Virus record (IMG/VR): IMGVR_UViG_3300028864_000016
Location: 62,001 to 126,000 of that record
DNA: 64,000 nt
Direction: 5' to 3' (one strand)
A program made the translations under genes and the position numbers. This document shows positions 31,806 through 40,906 of the stretch, in pieces (within the stretch, counting starts at the first letter, position 1; the number at the start of each line of letters is the position of its first letter). The notes beneath the pieces were generated by a model. The model was given only the letters and a program-made list of their open reading frames with translations. It was not told the origin of the DNA and searched no databases.

Positions 31806-32735
31806 ATGAAAATAGGAAACTTAGAAGTATATGGAGTTGTATATAAAATAACAAATTTAGTTAATGGAAAAGTTTATATTGGACAAACTATAAATGGATT
31901 TGATAAGAGATATGAAAGTAAAGGAATAGATATTGAAAGAGTTTATAACTATTATAATGGACGTGAAAGTAGAAAAAATGAAAATGAGTATATAAATATT
32001 CATCTATTAAAATCAATAAAAAGATATGGATTAAATAAATTTAATGTAGATAAAGTTTTTGATATTGCTTTTTCTAGAAATGAATTAAATATAAAAGAAC
32101 AATGTTGGATTAGTTTCTATAACTCCACTGATATAAATTTTGGTTATAATAGGGACAGTGGAGGAAATAATTTTAAACGTTTAAACGAAACCAAAAGAAA
32201 AATTAGTGAATATCAAAAAGGGGAAAGCAATGTAAATTCTATAAAAGTCATTTGTTTAAATACAAAAGAATTATTTATATCTGCAAGTGATGCAGGAAGA
32301 AAATTAAAAATTATTCAAACAAATATTTGTAGATGTTGTATAGGAACATTGAATTATGTATCTTCTCAAAATGGTGAAAAATTAGTTTTTTGTTATTATA
32401 ATAATTATTTAAAAATGAATGAATATGAAATAAATAAATTAATATCAAAAGCTTCTAATGGCAATAGTTCTAGTAAACCTAAAATAGTTATTTGTGTAAA
32501 TACTTTGAAAGTATATTATAGTATTGGAAAAGCCAGCAAACAAACAAATGTTAATAAAGGGCATATTGTTGATTGTTGTAAAGGTAAAAGACAATGTGCG
32601 GGAAAGCTTGAAGATGGTACTAAATTAGTGTGGAGATATGTAGAAAATTTAAGTCCAGAAGAATACATAAAATATGATATAGAAAATAAATTAAAAGGAG
32701 GAAATAGCGATGAACCAGTGGAAATGGTGCGTTGA
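31806..32735 (+). CDS. GIY-YIG homing endonuclease with NUMOD1-like repeats
   Basis: GVVYKITNLVNGKVYIGQT motif; two VICxNT...CCxG repeats. Confidence 0.85.
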   Translation: MKIGNLEVYGVVYKITNLVNGKVYIGQTINGFDKRYESKGIDIERVYNYYNGRESRKNENEYINIHLLKSIKRYGLNKFNVDKVFDIAFSRNELNIKEQCWISFYNSTDINFGYNRDSGGNNFKRLNETKRKISEYQKGESNVNSIKVICLNTKELFISASDAGRKLKIIQTNICRCCIGTLNYVSSQNGEKLVFCYYNNYLKMNEYEINKLISKASNGNSSSKPKIVICVNTLKVYYSIGKASKQTNVNKGHIVDCCKGKRQCAGKLEDGTKLVWRYVENLSPEEYIKYDIENKLKGGNSDEPVEMVR

Positions 32736-33522
32736 AATTGATGGAAAAGTTATTAAAGGATGGTATCAAGATACTAATAACGATAAATGGTATCATTTAA
32801 ATGAGTCAACTGGTGTTTTAGATACTGGATGGTTTCAAGATAAAGACTCTAGATGGTACTATCTTGATGAACAAAATGGAGATTTAAAAACAGGATGGAT
32901 TCAATTAAAATCTGTATGGTTTTATCTTGAATCTTCTAGCAATGGCTATATGGGAGAGTGTTATATTAATAGAACTGCAATAATTGATAGTAGGTCTTAC
33001 ACATTTAATGAAAATGGACATATTATTGAAGATAGTAATGTTAGTGATTCTTTAGTTTCAGAAGATTGTATTTCATTCGTGAAATCTTTTGAAGGATTTT
33101 TCCCGAACAAATACTACGATTGCGTTGGTGTTTTGACCCAAGGATATGGACTTACCGGAAAAGAAATTGCTAATTTGCCCGATGAAATTACAGAAGAACA
33201 AGCTAGTAATTTATTAAAAGAATTAATTAACTCTAATTATGCTCAAGTAATAAAAGATGATTTAGATTCTAAAGGCATAACATTAACTCAAAATGAATTT
33301 GATGCATTATGTTCATTTGCATATAATTGTGGAACGGATGCTCTTTTACATCAATCTACATTATATAGAAACGTGTGTAATGGAATTAAAGATGCAGATA
33401 CTATTACTTCTAATTTTAAAGCATGGTCTAATGGTGGAGGTAAAAGAATAGAAGGTTTATATCGTAGAAGAACTAAAGAAGCTAACATTTTTAATAATGC
33501 AGATTATACAGGAAACAATTAA
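32710..33522 (+). CDS. Endolysin: N-terminal cell-wall-binding repeats plus C-terminal GH24 lysozyme
   Basis: GWYQD/KWYHL repeats; FEG...YYDCVGVLTQGYG (E-x8-D-x5-T); QNEFDALCSFAYNCG; GLYRRRTKE. Confidence 0.9.
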   Translation: MNQWKWCVEIDGKVIKGWYQDTNNDKWYHLNESTGVLDTGWFQDKDSRWYYLDEQNGDLKTGWIQLKSVWFYLESSSNGYMGECYINRTAIIDSRSYTFNENGHIIEDSNVSDSLVSEDCISFVKSFEGFFPNKYYDCVGVLTQGYGLTGKEIANLPDEITEEQASNLLKELINSNYAQVIKDDLDSKGITLTQNEFDALCSFAYNCGTDALLHQSTLYRNVCNGIKDADTITSNFKAWSNGGGKRIEGLYRRRTKEANIFNNADYTGNN

Positions 33523-33557
33523 ATAAATTAAAACAAAATTTTAAGGAGGAATATATT

Positions 33558-33890
33558 ATGGACAGTTTTTTAACATGGGAATACGTTGCGACATTTGCAG
33601 GTGTGGTATTTGCTACAAATTTATTTGTTAATTTTACAAAAGAACTACCTTATATTAAAAATATATCAACTAAATATTATACATCTTTAGTTGCTTTTGT
33701 ATTAATAATATTATCTAGTTTGACATTATCTACTTTTAATTTCAAAGATTTACCTTTAGTAATATTAAACAGTATATTAGTTACTTTTACTGCCACTGGG
33801 GGATATGATTTTACATATAAGAAAGTTACTAATACTGAAATTGTAAATGATAAAACTGCCACAGTTCAAGAAACTAAAACAGTAGAATAA
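33558..33890 (+). CDS. Holin
   Basis: Three hydrophobic helices with charged C-tail, directly after the endolysin. Confidence 0.75.
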   Translation: MDSFLTWEYVATFAGVVFATNLFVNFTKELPYIKNISTKYYTSLVAFVLIILSSLTLSTFNFKDLPLVILNSILVTFTATGGYDFTYKKVTNTEIVNDKTATVQETKTVE

Positions 33891-34128
33891 TAAATTATAA
33901 GTAAGAAAAACACTTTAAATCAATTCTTTTAAAAGGACTTAGATGCAATATTCTAGGTCTTTTTATTATATTTATTTTTAATGGAGTTCATCTATATATG
34001 GTGAATTACTAAAAAATAAATCAAATTGGATAGATAGGAAGTCATGAGCCTATTGATAAGGGGTAAATTCCTACACCCTTTCCAATGTATTAAAAGTAGG
34101 AAAATAAATCAAGAAAGTAGGAATAAAC

Positions 34129-35796
34129 ATGTATAGTAAAGAAGAACTAAAAACAATGGATAAGGATATTAAAGTAAAGAAATTCCTTAAATTAATTTAT
34201 AGGGGTTTTGATGAAGATGAAGAATATATAAGGATATTTCAAAATAATGAAACTAGAAATACTCCAGCAACAGAAACTAAAGTAAAATTCTATAATGATA
34301 TTGATAGTGTTGTTAATTATGTTACAAGTGGTACTAAATACAATAAAAATACATATTTTCAACTAGCAACAGTTGATGATAGTGGTGAAGGTAAAATTGA
34401 AAATTTGCTTTATCGATATTGTATTGGACTTGATTTTGATAAAAAGGAATTAGGTGAAGATTTTGACCATTTAGATATATTAAACTTGTTCAAGCAATAT
34501 AAAATTCATTTTCATTGTCTCATAGATTCAGGTAATGGATTTCATGTATATATTTGTATTAATAAAACAAATAAACTTGATATGGTTAATGAAGTTCAAA
34601 AAGCATTATGTGAGAAGTTTGGAGCGGATAAATTTGCTATTAAGAAAACACAGATTTTGCGAATTCCATATTCATATAATATTAAAGATGAGGATAAAAC
34701 AAAATTAGTAAAGATAGTTGCAATGGATAACAGAGATGAAATTAGACCATATGATATAGAATTTTTATATGAAAAGAATTGTAAAAATACAGTTATAAAT
34801 AATCCTAGTGAAAAGAAAATTACCTATATGATTAATAATACTAATATTCCAAAATGTATAACTAAAATATTAGAAAATGGAACTATTGAAGGAGATAGAT
34901 ATTTAGATCTCCAAAAAATAGTTATTAATCTAAGACAAAGAAATAAAACAGTTGAAGAAATAATATTAGTATGTAAATCATGGGCAGAAAAGAGTAGCTA
35001 TAATGACAACTTAGAGTATAGAATCAAAAATATATATGACAATTTAAAATATGTACATATGGAATGCAAAGAATGTGATAATAAAAGTGAATGCTTTAAT
35101 TTTACAGAATCGGAATTTGACTTTAATTCATTAGCTGATGAAGATGGAGTAATTTATGAAACTTATCAATTAGAAGATAAAATAACAAAGAAAATTAGAA
35201 ATAAACAAAATGGAGGGATTAACATGTTAAATGGAAATGAAATTTTAATATTAAATGTATTAAGGTTAGAATATGATAATCCAAGACCACTTACCAAAAA
35301 TGGTACAGATATGAAATTATTAATGAGAAGTATAACTCATAAAAATAAATCTTGTTTATCTGAAAATACAGTAAGAGAAACTTTGATTAGTTTAATTGAG
35401 AAAAAATATGTATTAGAAGAGATTGGGTTAAGAAATAAAAAACATTATAAATTTAATCCAATAAGAACTACTTTAGATAAAACAATAAAAATAAGTTATA
35501 TGGCAACAGTATTATGTATTTGTAAACAAATTAGTACAAATGAATTAGCATTATACATATTAATGAGATACTTACATAAGCAACAATTATTAGAAAATAA
35601 AACAAAAGGAAATCTATTCACAATGACTCAATCTGATTTAGCTAAAGCATATTATGGAAATAGTACAACTGAAAATCAAACACATATAAGTAAAATGATA
35701 AAGAATTTATTAGATTGTCATATTATTGATATTTATGATATTGAACAAAGTAAGAATAATGGATTTGAATATTATAGATATAGACTTAATAGCTAG
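34129..35796 (+). CDS. RepB-type (AEP superfamily) primase/replication initiator with C-terminal winged helices
   Basis: IGLDFD (DxD), DSGNGFHVY (SGxGxH) and QILRIPYSYN motifs; C-terminal HTH-like SQSDLAKAYY-type segment. Confidence 0.75.
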   Translation: MYSKEELKTMDKDIKVKKFLKLIYRGFDEDEEYIRIFQNNETRNTPATETKVKFYNDIDSVVNYVTSGTKYNKNTYFQLATVDDSGEGKIENLLYRYCIGLDFDKKELGEDFDHLDILNLFKQYKIHFHCLIDSGNGFHVYICINKTNKLDMVNEVQKALCEKFGADKFAIKKTQILRIPYSYNIKDEDKTKLVKIVAMDNRDEIRPYDIEFLYEKNCKNTVINNPSEKKITYMINNTNIPKCITKILENGTIEGDRYLDLQKIVINLRQRNKTVEEIILVCKSWAEKSSYNDNLEYRIKNIYDNLKYVHMECKECDNKSECFNFTESEFDFNSLADEDGVIYETYQLEDKITKKIRNKQNGGINMLNGNEILILNVLRLEYDNPRPLTKNGTDMKLLMRSITHKNKSCLSENTVRETLISLIEKKYVLEEIGLRNKKHYKFNPIRTTLDKTIKISYMATVLCICKQISTNELALYILMRYLHKQQLLENKTKGNLFTMTQSDLAKAYYGNSTTENQTHISKMIKNLLDCHIIDIYDIEQSKNNGFEYYRYRLNS

Positions 35797-35976
35797 TTAG
35801 TGTCAGTTGATTGTTAGCCAACTAATATATAATGTACTATATAATATAGACCAAAGTTGAGGTGGTAAAGTTTAATAATGGCTATATCACTAGGTTTAAA
35901 TAGTATCATAGAATGTAATTTATCTATACCAAAAACATGAAACTGAATAAATTAATATAAATTAAGGGGTAATTAA

Positions 35977-36279
35977 ATGAGTGGAGTATATATTTTAAAT
36001 AATGTTAATAAAAATAAATCAGACAAGCTATATGTAAAAATTGGATGTAGTAAAGACATTTTAAAAAGAATATCTCAGATAAGAAGTTCATTTAGGTTTA
36101 ATGGTAACTTAGATGAACTTTATTTATATAAAACTATAGAATGTACGGAATATAAACAACTTGAGAAAATTTTACATCAAATAATGAAGTCAAGAAAGAT
36201 AACTAATGAGTGGTTTCTTACTGAGGAAAGCTTTTTACTGAATAGGTTAAATATGGTTGATTTAGGTAGATACAAGTAA
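35977..36279 (+). CDS. T5orf172/GIY-YIG-like small protein
   Basis: GVYIL...YVKIGCSKDILKRISQI...LEKILHQ...NEWF. Confidence 0.7.
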   Translation: MSGVYILNNVNKNKSDKLYVKIGCSKDILKRISQIRSSFRFNGNLDELYLYKTIECTEYKQLEKILHQIMKSRKITNEWFLTEESFLLNRLNMVDLGRYK

Positions 36280-36481
36280 ATAAATTAAGAGAATGATAAA
36301 AGGAGATTGAATAAGAAATCTAGTCTCCTTTTATTAAATGAAAAAATCCACTTCAAATTCATCTTTTAACAACAGTTATTTTTATAAGATTTATTAAAAT
36401 TAGTAAGTCTTATAAAATAACTATTGCAAATATTATAAAAGAGTCAACTAAACGAATAAAAATATAAAGGAGGAATTAATT

Positions 36482-37291
36482 ATGGGATTTGATGAAGTAC
36501 AATACGCTTTAGGTAAAAAAAATAGAAAAGTAACATTGCCGAGTAATACAAATGTTCCAGTTGGTGGAATAGATATTAATACAAAAATTAAAGATGTAGA
36601 TATCAATGATTTATTTACAAATATGCTAATAAGAAGTTTAGCCCCAAAAACAAATCTTAAATTTTATGATTCATTAGGTGATATTATAGATACTAGCTTA
36701 ATAAGAACCACAGGAGTTCCACTATTAATAAAAACAATAAAAGCAATATCAGAAAAGTCTACTGAATCCGATATTATAGTAAGTATGCAAACATATTCAA
36801 ATCCCATAATAAATGATTTCTCTAAAATAGACATAGAACCAAATTCAAGTTTAAATGAATGGACTTTTAATAATATAACAATAGATGAAACAACAACATT
36901 TTCTGTTACAACAAGTAATGAAAAAGGTTTTATTGGAAAATATAATACAGTTTTTAATTTTGTAAATTGTTGTTATGTGGGACTAATGCCTATTGAAACT
37001 ACAATAGAAACAATAACTCAAGAAGAAATAAAAAATGGTACAACTATATTACAACAAAAAAATACTATAAACAATTTGTTTAATGGAATTGGTAAAATAT
37101 TTTTTGCATATGACTCTACTTGGGGAAATGCTAAAACAATAGTTGATGTGATGAACAACGTTAATATTATAAGTGCATTTGAAAAAAAGAATTTAGTGAT
37201 TTCTAATGAAAGTGGAACTGTAACATATATCCTTTATCTAGCCAATGTAAGAGGTAATTATAGTGATAGTGAAGTATCATTAAAATTTTAG
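36482..37291 (+). CDS. Virion-associated hypothetical protein (second fibre cassette)
   Basis: First gene of the co-oriented cassette; beta-rich; CYVG...IFFAYDSTWG pattern seen in tail-associated proteins. Confidence 0.4.
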   Translation: MGFDEVQYALGKKNRKVTLPSNTNVPVGGIDINTKIKDVDINDLFTNMLIRSLAPKTNLKFYDSLGDIIDTSLIRTTGVPLLIKTIKAISEKSTESDIIVSMQTYSNPIINDFSKIDIEPNSSLNEWTFNNITIDETTTFSVTTSNEKGFIGKYNTVFNFVNCCYVGLMPIETTIETITQEEIKNGTTILQQKNTINNLFNGIGKIFFAYDSTWGNAKTIVDVMNNVNIISAFEKKNLVISNESGTVTYILYLANVRGNYSDSEVSLKF

Positions 37292-37318
37292 AAGATATTG
37301 AGAGGTGAATAATATTAG

Positions 37319-37870
37319 ATGAGAAGCATTAAAAATTATATAAAAGAATACATTAAAAAATTTATATTACTTTTATTACATGATTATATTGAAAAAACTA
37401 AACGAGATATAAAAGAAGAGTTAATAGAAAATGGTAGAGTATATATTGAAGAAAATATATCTAATAAGATACAAAGCAACATAGAAGATATAAATAAAAA
37501 TAAAAAGAGTATTGAAGAATTGAAAGAAAAAGAATCTAACAACCACTATGTATCACTTCCTAATGAAAAAATTATAGGGAGTCAAGAAAATATAAAAGAT
37601 GGAACTATTTCATACGATTATTTAGGTAGTAAAATTATTGAAAATATATATTTGGACGGGAAATGGATACAACTGAACAACAATAATAATATAAAAGAAG
37701 TACAAACAGTGAAAAATTATGTGAATATAGATAATGGTTTAAGAGAATTTGATAAAGATTTAATATTTTCTAAGGATAAATCTATCGTTATTACAGATAG
37801 TTTGAACCACGATGATAAATACAAAATAACAATAAAAAGTTCAAATCTATTTTTAGAAAAGATAACATAG
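37319..37870 (+). CDS. Hypothetical protein (second fibre cassette)
   Basis: 183-aa ORF with coiled-coil N-half; RBS GAGGTG. Confidence 0.4.
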   Translation: MRSIKNYIKEYIKKFILLLLHDYIEKTKRDIKEELIENGRVYIEENISNKIQSNIEDINKNKKSIEELKEKESNNHYVSLPNEKIIGSQENIKDGTISYDYLGSKIIENIYLDGKWIQLNNNNNIKEVQTVKNYVNIDNGLREFDKDLIFSKDKSIVITDSLNHDDKYKITIKSSNLFLEKIT

Positions 37871-37887
37871 AAAGGAGGTGTTTATAA

Positions 37888-40578
37888 ATGAGTGATTTTT
37901 TAAAAGGTAATCCGTTAATAATGCCAAATTATTTTCTCGGAGATGTACCAATGGACACAAAAACAAAAGCATCATCAGTATCAGAAGTTTTAACAACTCT
38001 TACAAAAGAAAATAGATATACAGGATTAAAAATATATTGTGAGTCGGAAAGAGAATTTTATTGTTTTAAATATGGAATCGAAGACACTGATTTTATAAAA
38101 ATTAGCGAAGTAATTCCACATATTAAGGTTGATAATTATGCGTCATTACCTACTATCAATCAAGATACAACAGTTGTATACATAACATCAGATACAATGA
38201 TTGAATATACATGGGATGGTAGTGATTGGAGTACATTTAAAAATATAGCAGATAATATATCGTTTAACAATAATCCAAATGGAACTGACATATACCCAAA
38301 TGATTATCAAACTGTTCAAAAGGTATTGGAACAAAATAAAAAAGAAGTTGATTCAAAAGTAGATAAAGAAATTGGTAAATCTTTAATACTAGATACCGAA
38401 ATAGCAAGACTTCAAGGAATTTCAACAAATTCAAATAAAGTTGAAATTTCTAATATAAATGGGAATATTAAAATAGATGGTGTAGAAAATATAGTTTATA
38501 CTTTACCAAGTAATACTGAAACTGTAGAAGGTAGTAACTCTAAAGTAGATATAGCTATTAATAATATTAAAGATAATGTTACTAATGATGGTAATACCTT
38601 AGCTAAACTTAGAAACCTAATAGGTGGGATACAAACATTATTAAATTCTGACGATATAAACTTAGATAGCTTACAGGAAATAGTAGGTTATATAAAAAAT
38701 AACAAATCATTGATTGATGGTATTACTATTAATAAAATAAATTATACAGATATAGTAAATGTTTTAACAAGCATAGAAATAAATAAACCTTTATCAGCCA
38801 ATCAAGGAAAGATTTTAAATGATTTAATTACAACTTTAGCTACTACTACTCAATCAGCTTTAAATTTAAAATCTGATATATCTTATGTAAATCAACAAGA
38901 CGCCACAAAAGTAGATAAGGTTACAGGCAAGAGTTTAGTTTTAGATACAGAAATATCTAAGTTGGCTACTATTTCAACTGGGGCAGAAGTAAATGTACAA
39001 TCTGATTGGAGTACTGATAGTGAAATAGATGACAGTTACATAAAGAATAAACCTGATTTAACCTTAAAACAAGATATAGTAGATAATCAATTAAATACTG
39101 CAAATAAATCTATAGTATATAGTATAAATGAAGTAAATAGTGACTTAATAAATAATGGCATAAAACCAATTTATCAATCAAATCCATTTGGATTCGATTC
39201 ACCTGTCACAGAGTCACGAATCCAACAATGGTTTAGTGACAACGGTTCTCCTATTAATTGGCAAGGATATGATACTAATAATCCATATAAAGACTGCAAA
39301 ATGACAATGGGAGTTAATGAGAGTTATGTTCTTTGGATAGGAACTAATTATTGGTACTACGGAAAATTCGAAAATGGTAACTATTGGGAGAATATGACAC
39401 AAATGACTCCTAGTGATTTTACTCTAGGATATATTAGTATGATTGCAACAGGGAATAAGTTTTTATCTGATAAAGCTGATTTAATTCATACTCACACTAA
39501 AACTGATATCACTAATTTTACGCACACACATTTAAAATCAGATGTAACAGACTTTCCTCATATTCATGTTAAAACGGATATAACTAATTTCTCACACACG
39601 CATGTTAAAAATGATATAAGTGATTTAGCAAATGCAACTACTACTGTAAGTGGATTGATGAGCAATACTGATAAAACTAAACTAGATAATATTTACTCAT
39701 CATCTTCTCCCAGTAGAGATTTTAAAACTGCATATAGTGCTAGTGGCGTATATAGGATAACAAACCCACTTAGTAATATTCCCCCAGGTTATGAGCAAGT
39801 ATACGGTGATTTTTGGGTAGATGTTAAATATCTTGATGCTAATAATCAAAACCTGACTGCTTATGATATTAAATCTTCTGCTATTTGGAGATTATCTTGC
39901 GTTGCTGGAACATGGAGTGAATGGTCTAGATTAGACTATGGTAATTCAGCTTCTTCTGATAAAATAAATTCACCTGATACTAGATCACTATCTGGGTATT
40001 CACTTCCATCTGAATACATATCAAAAGGAAAAGGTGTTATATATGAATTTAAAAACATTACAAATATAGCATTAAGTCCTACAACTTTTCCAGTAATAGG
40101 TACAATGTCATATTGTCAAGTAGAAACAAAAATACCTTGGAATGACGCTAGTGGCGGTTATCCTACACAAACAGCTACTTGTTTAGGATATGTTTTCACA
40201 AGAACTGGTACTAGTAATTCAACTTGGAGTGCTTGGAGTCAATTTATGACAGTTCCATCTAGTATTGACTATGTTATAGAAACATGGCGTAGTGGAACAG
40301 AATGGAGAAGAACATATAAGAGTGGTTGGGTAGAACAAGGTGGATATGTTACTATTAAATCAGATGATTGGACGTCGATTACTTTGCCTGTCACTATGAT
40401 AGATGTTAACTATAGTGTTAGTGTATCTGTACGTGCTGACTCTGGTGTTGGCAGTAATGGTTCAGATACTTGCTACTATGGTAATATCGCTACTACAGGG
40501 TTTAATATAGCCAGTGACTATAGTGGTGCGTCATATAAAAATGGAATAAGATGGGAAGTTAAAGGACAAAAAGCATAA
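37888..40578 (+). CDS. Fibre protein with HxH repeats, knob-like segments and gp53-like C-terminal domain
   Basis: KVDKxxGKSL repeats, VQSDW...YIKNKP, four HxH repeats, WSEW/WSAWS knob ends, RTYKSGWVEQGG...WEVKG C-terminus. Confidence 0.7.
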   Translation: MSDFLKGNPLIMPNYFLGDVPMDTKTKASSVSEVLTTLTKENRYTGLKIYCESEREFYCFKYGIEDTDFIKISEVIPHIKVDNYASLPTINQDTTVVYITSDTMIEYTWDGSDWSTFKNIADNISFNNNPNGTDIYPNDYQTVQKVLEQNKKEVDSKVDKEIGKSLILDTEIARLQGISTNSNKVEISNINGNIKIDGVENIVYTLPSNTETVEGSNSKVDIAINNIKDNVTNDGNTLAKLRNLIGGIQTLLNSDDINLDSLQEIVGYIKNNKSLIDGITINKINYTDIVNVLTSIEINKPLSANQGKILNDLITTLATTTQSALNLKSDISYVNQQDATKVDKVTGKSLVLDTEISKLATISTGAEVNVQSDWSTDSEIDDSYIKNKPDLTLKQDIVDNQLNTANKSIVYSINEVNSDLINNGIKPIYQSNPFGFDSPVTESRIQQWFSDNGSPINWQGYDTNNPYKDCKMTMGVNESYVLWIGTNYWYYGKFENGNYWENMTQMTPSDFTLGYISMIATGNKFLSDKADLIHTHTKTDITNFTHTHLKSDVTDFPHIHVKTDITNFSHTHVKNDISDLANATTTVSGLMSNTDKTKLDNIYSSSSPSRDFKTAYSASGVYRITNPLSNIPPGYEQVYGDFWVDVKYLDANNQNLTAYDIKSSAIWRLSCVAGTWSEWSRLDYGNSASSDKINSPDTRSLSGYSLPSEYISKGKGVIYEFKNITNIALSPTTFPVIGTMSYCQVETKIPWNDASGGYPTQTATCLGYVFTRTGTSNSTWSAWSQFMTVPSSIDYVIETWRSGTEWRRTYKSGWVEQGGYVTIKSDDWTSITLPVTMIDVNYSVSVSVRADSGVGSNGSDTCYYGNIATTGFNIASDYSGASYKNGIRWEVKGQKA
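39484..39627 (+). repeat. Four tandem 36-bp (12-aa) repeats xHxHxKxD(I/V)xxF
   Basis: IHTHTKTDITNF/THTHLKSDVTDF/PHIHVKTDITNF/SHTHVKNDISDL. Confidence 0.85.
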
Positions 40579-40680
40579 CACCTATATTAACATAAATTAA
40601 AGACTTTAGTTTAAAATTAATTTACCACTATGATAAAAATGTATTTATTAAAAATTGAAAATAGAAAGGATTGATAATTA

Positions 40681-40878
40681 ATGGCATTAGATTTAAATCA
40701 ACAAGGACACTTGATTAATTACCCAGTAAAGCAATGGACAGCACATTCATTAGATGAGTTTCCAATAGAAAGTGACTCATTATCTATACCTCATGGAAGT
40801 TTTTGTACATTAGTAGCAAAGCCAGATTATATTGTGTATGTTTATGATTCGATATTAAAAGAATGGTATGAATTATAA
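40681..40878 (+). CDS. Small hypothetical protein (fibre cassette)
   Basis: 65 aa with AAAGGA RBS. Confidence 0.5.
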   Translation: MALDLNQQGHLINYPVKQWTAHSLDEFPIESDSLSIPHGSFCTLVAKPDYIVYVYDSILKEWYEL

Positions 40879-40906
40879 AAAATAGCAAAGAAAGGAGTGA
40901 TAATTA

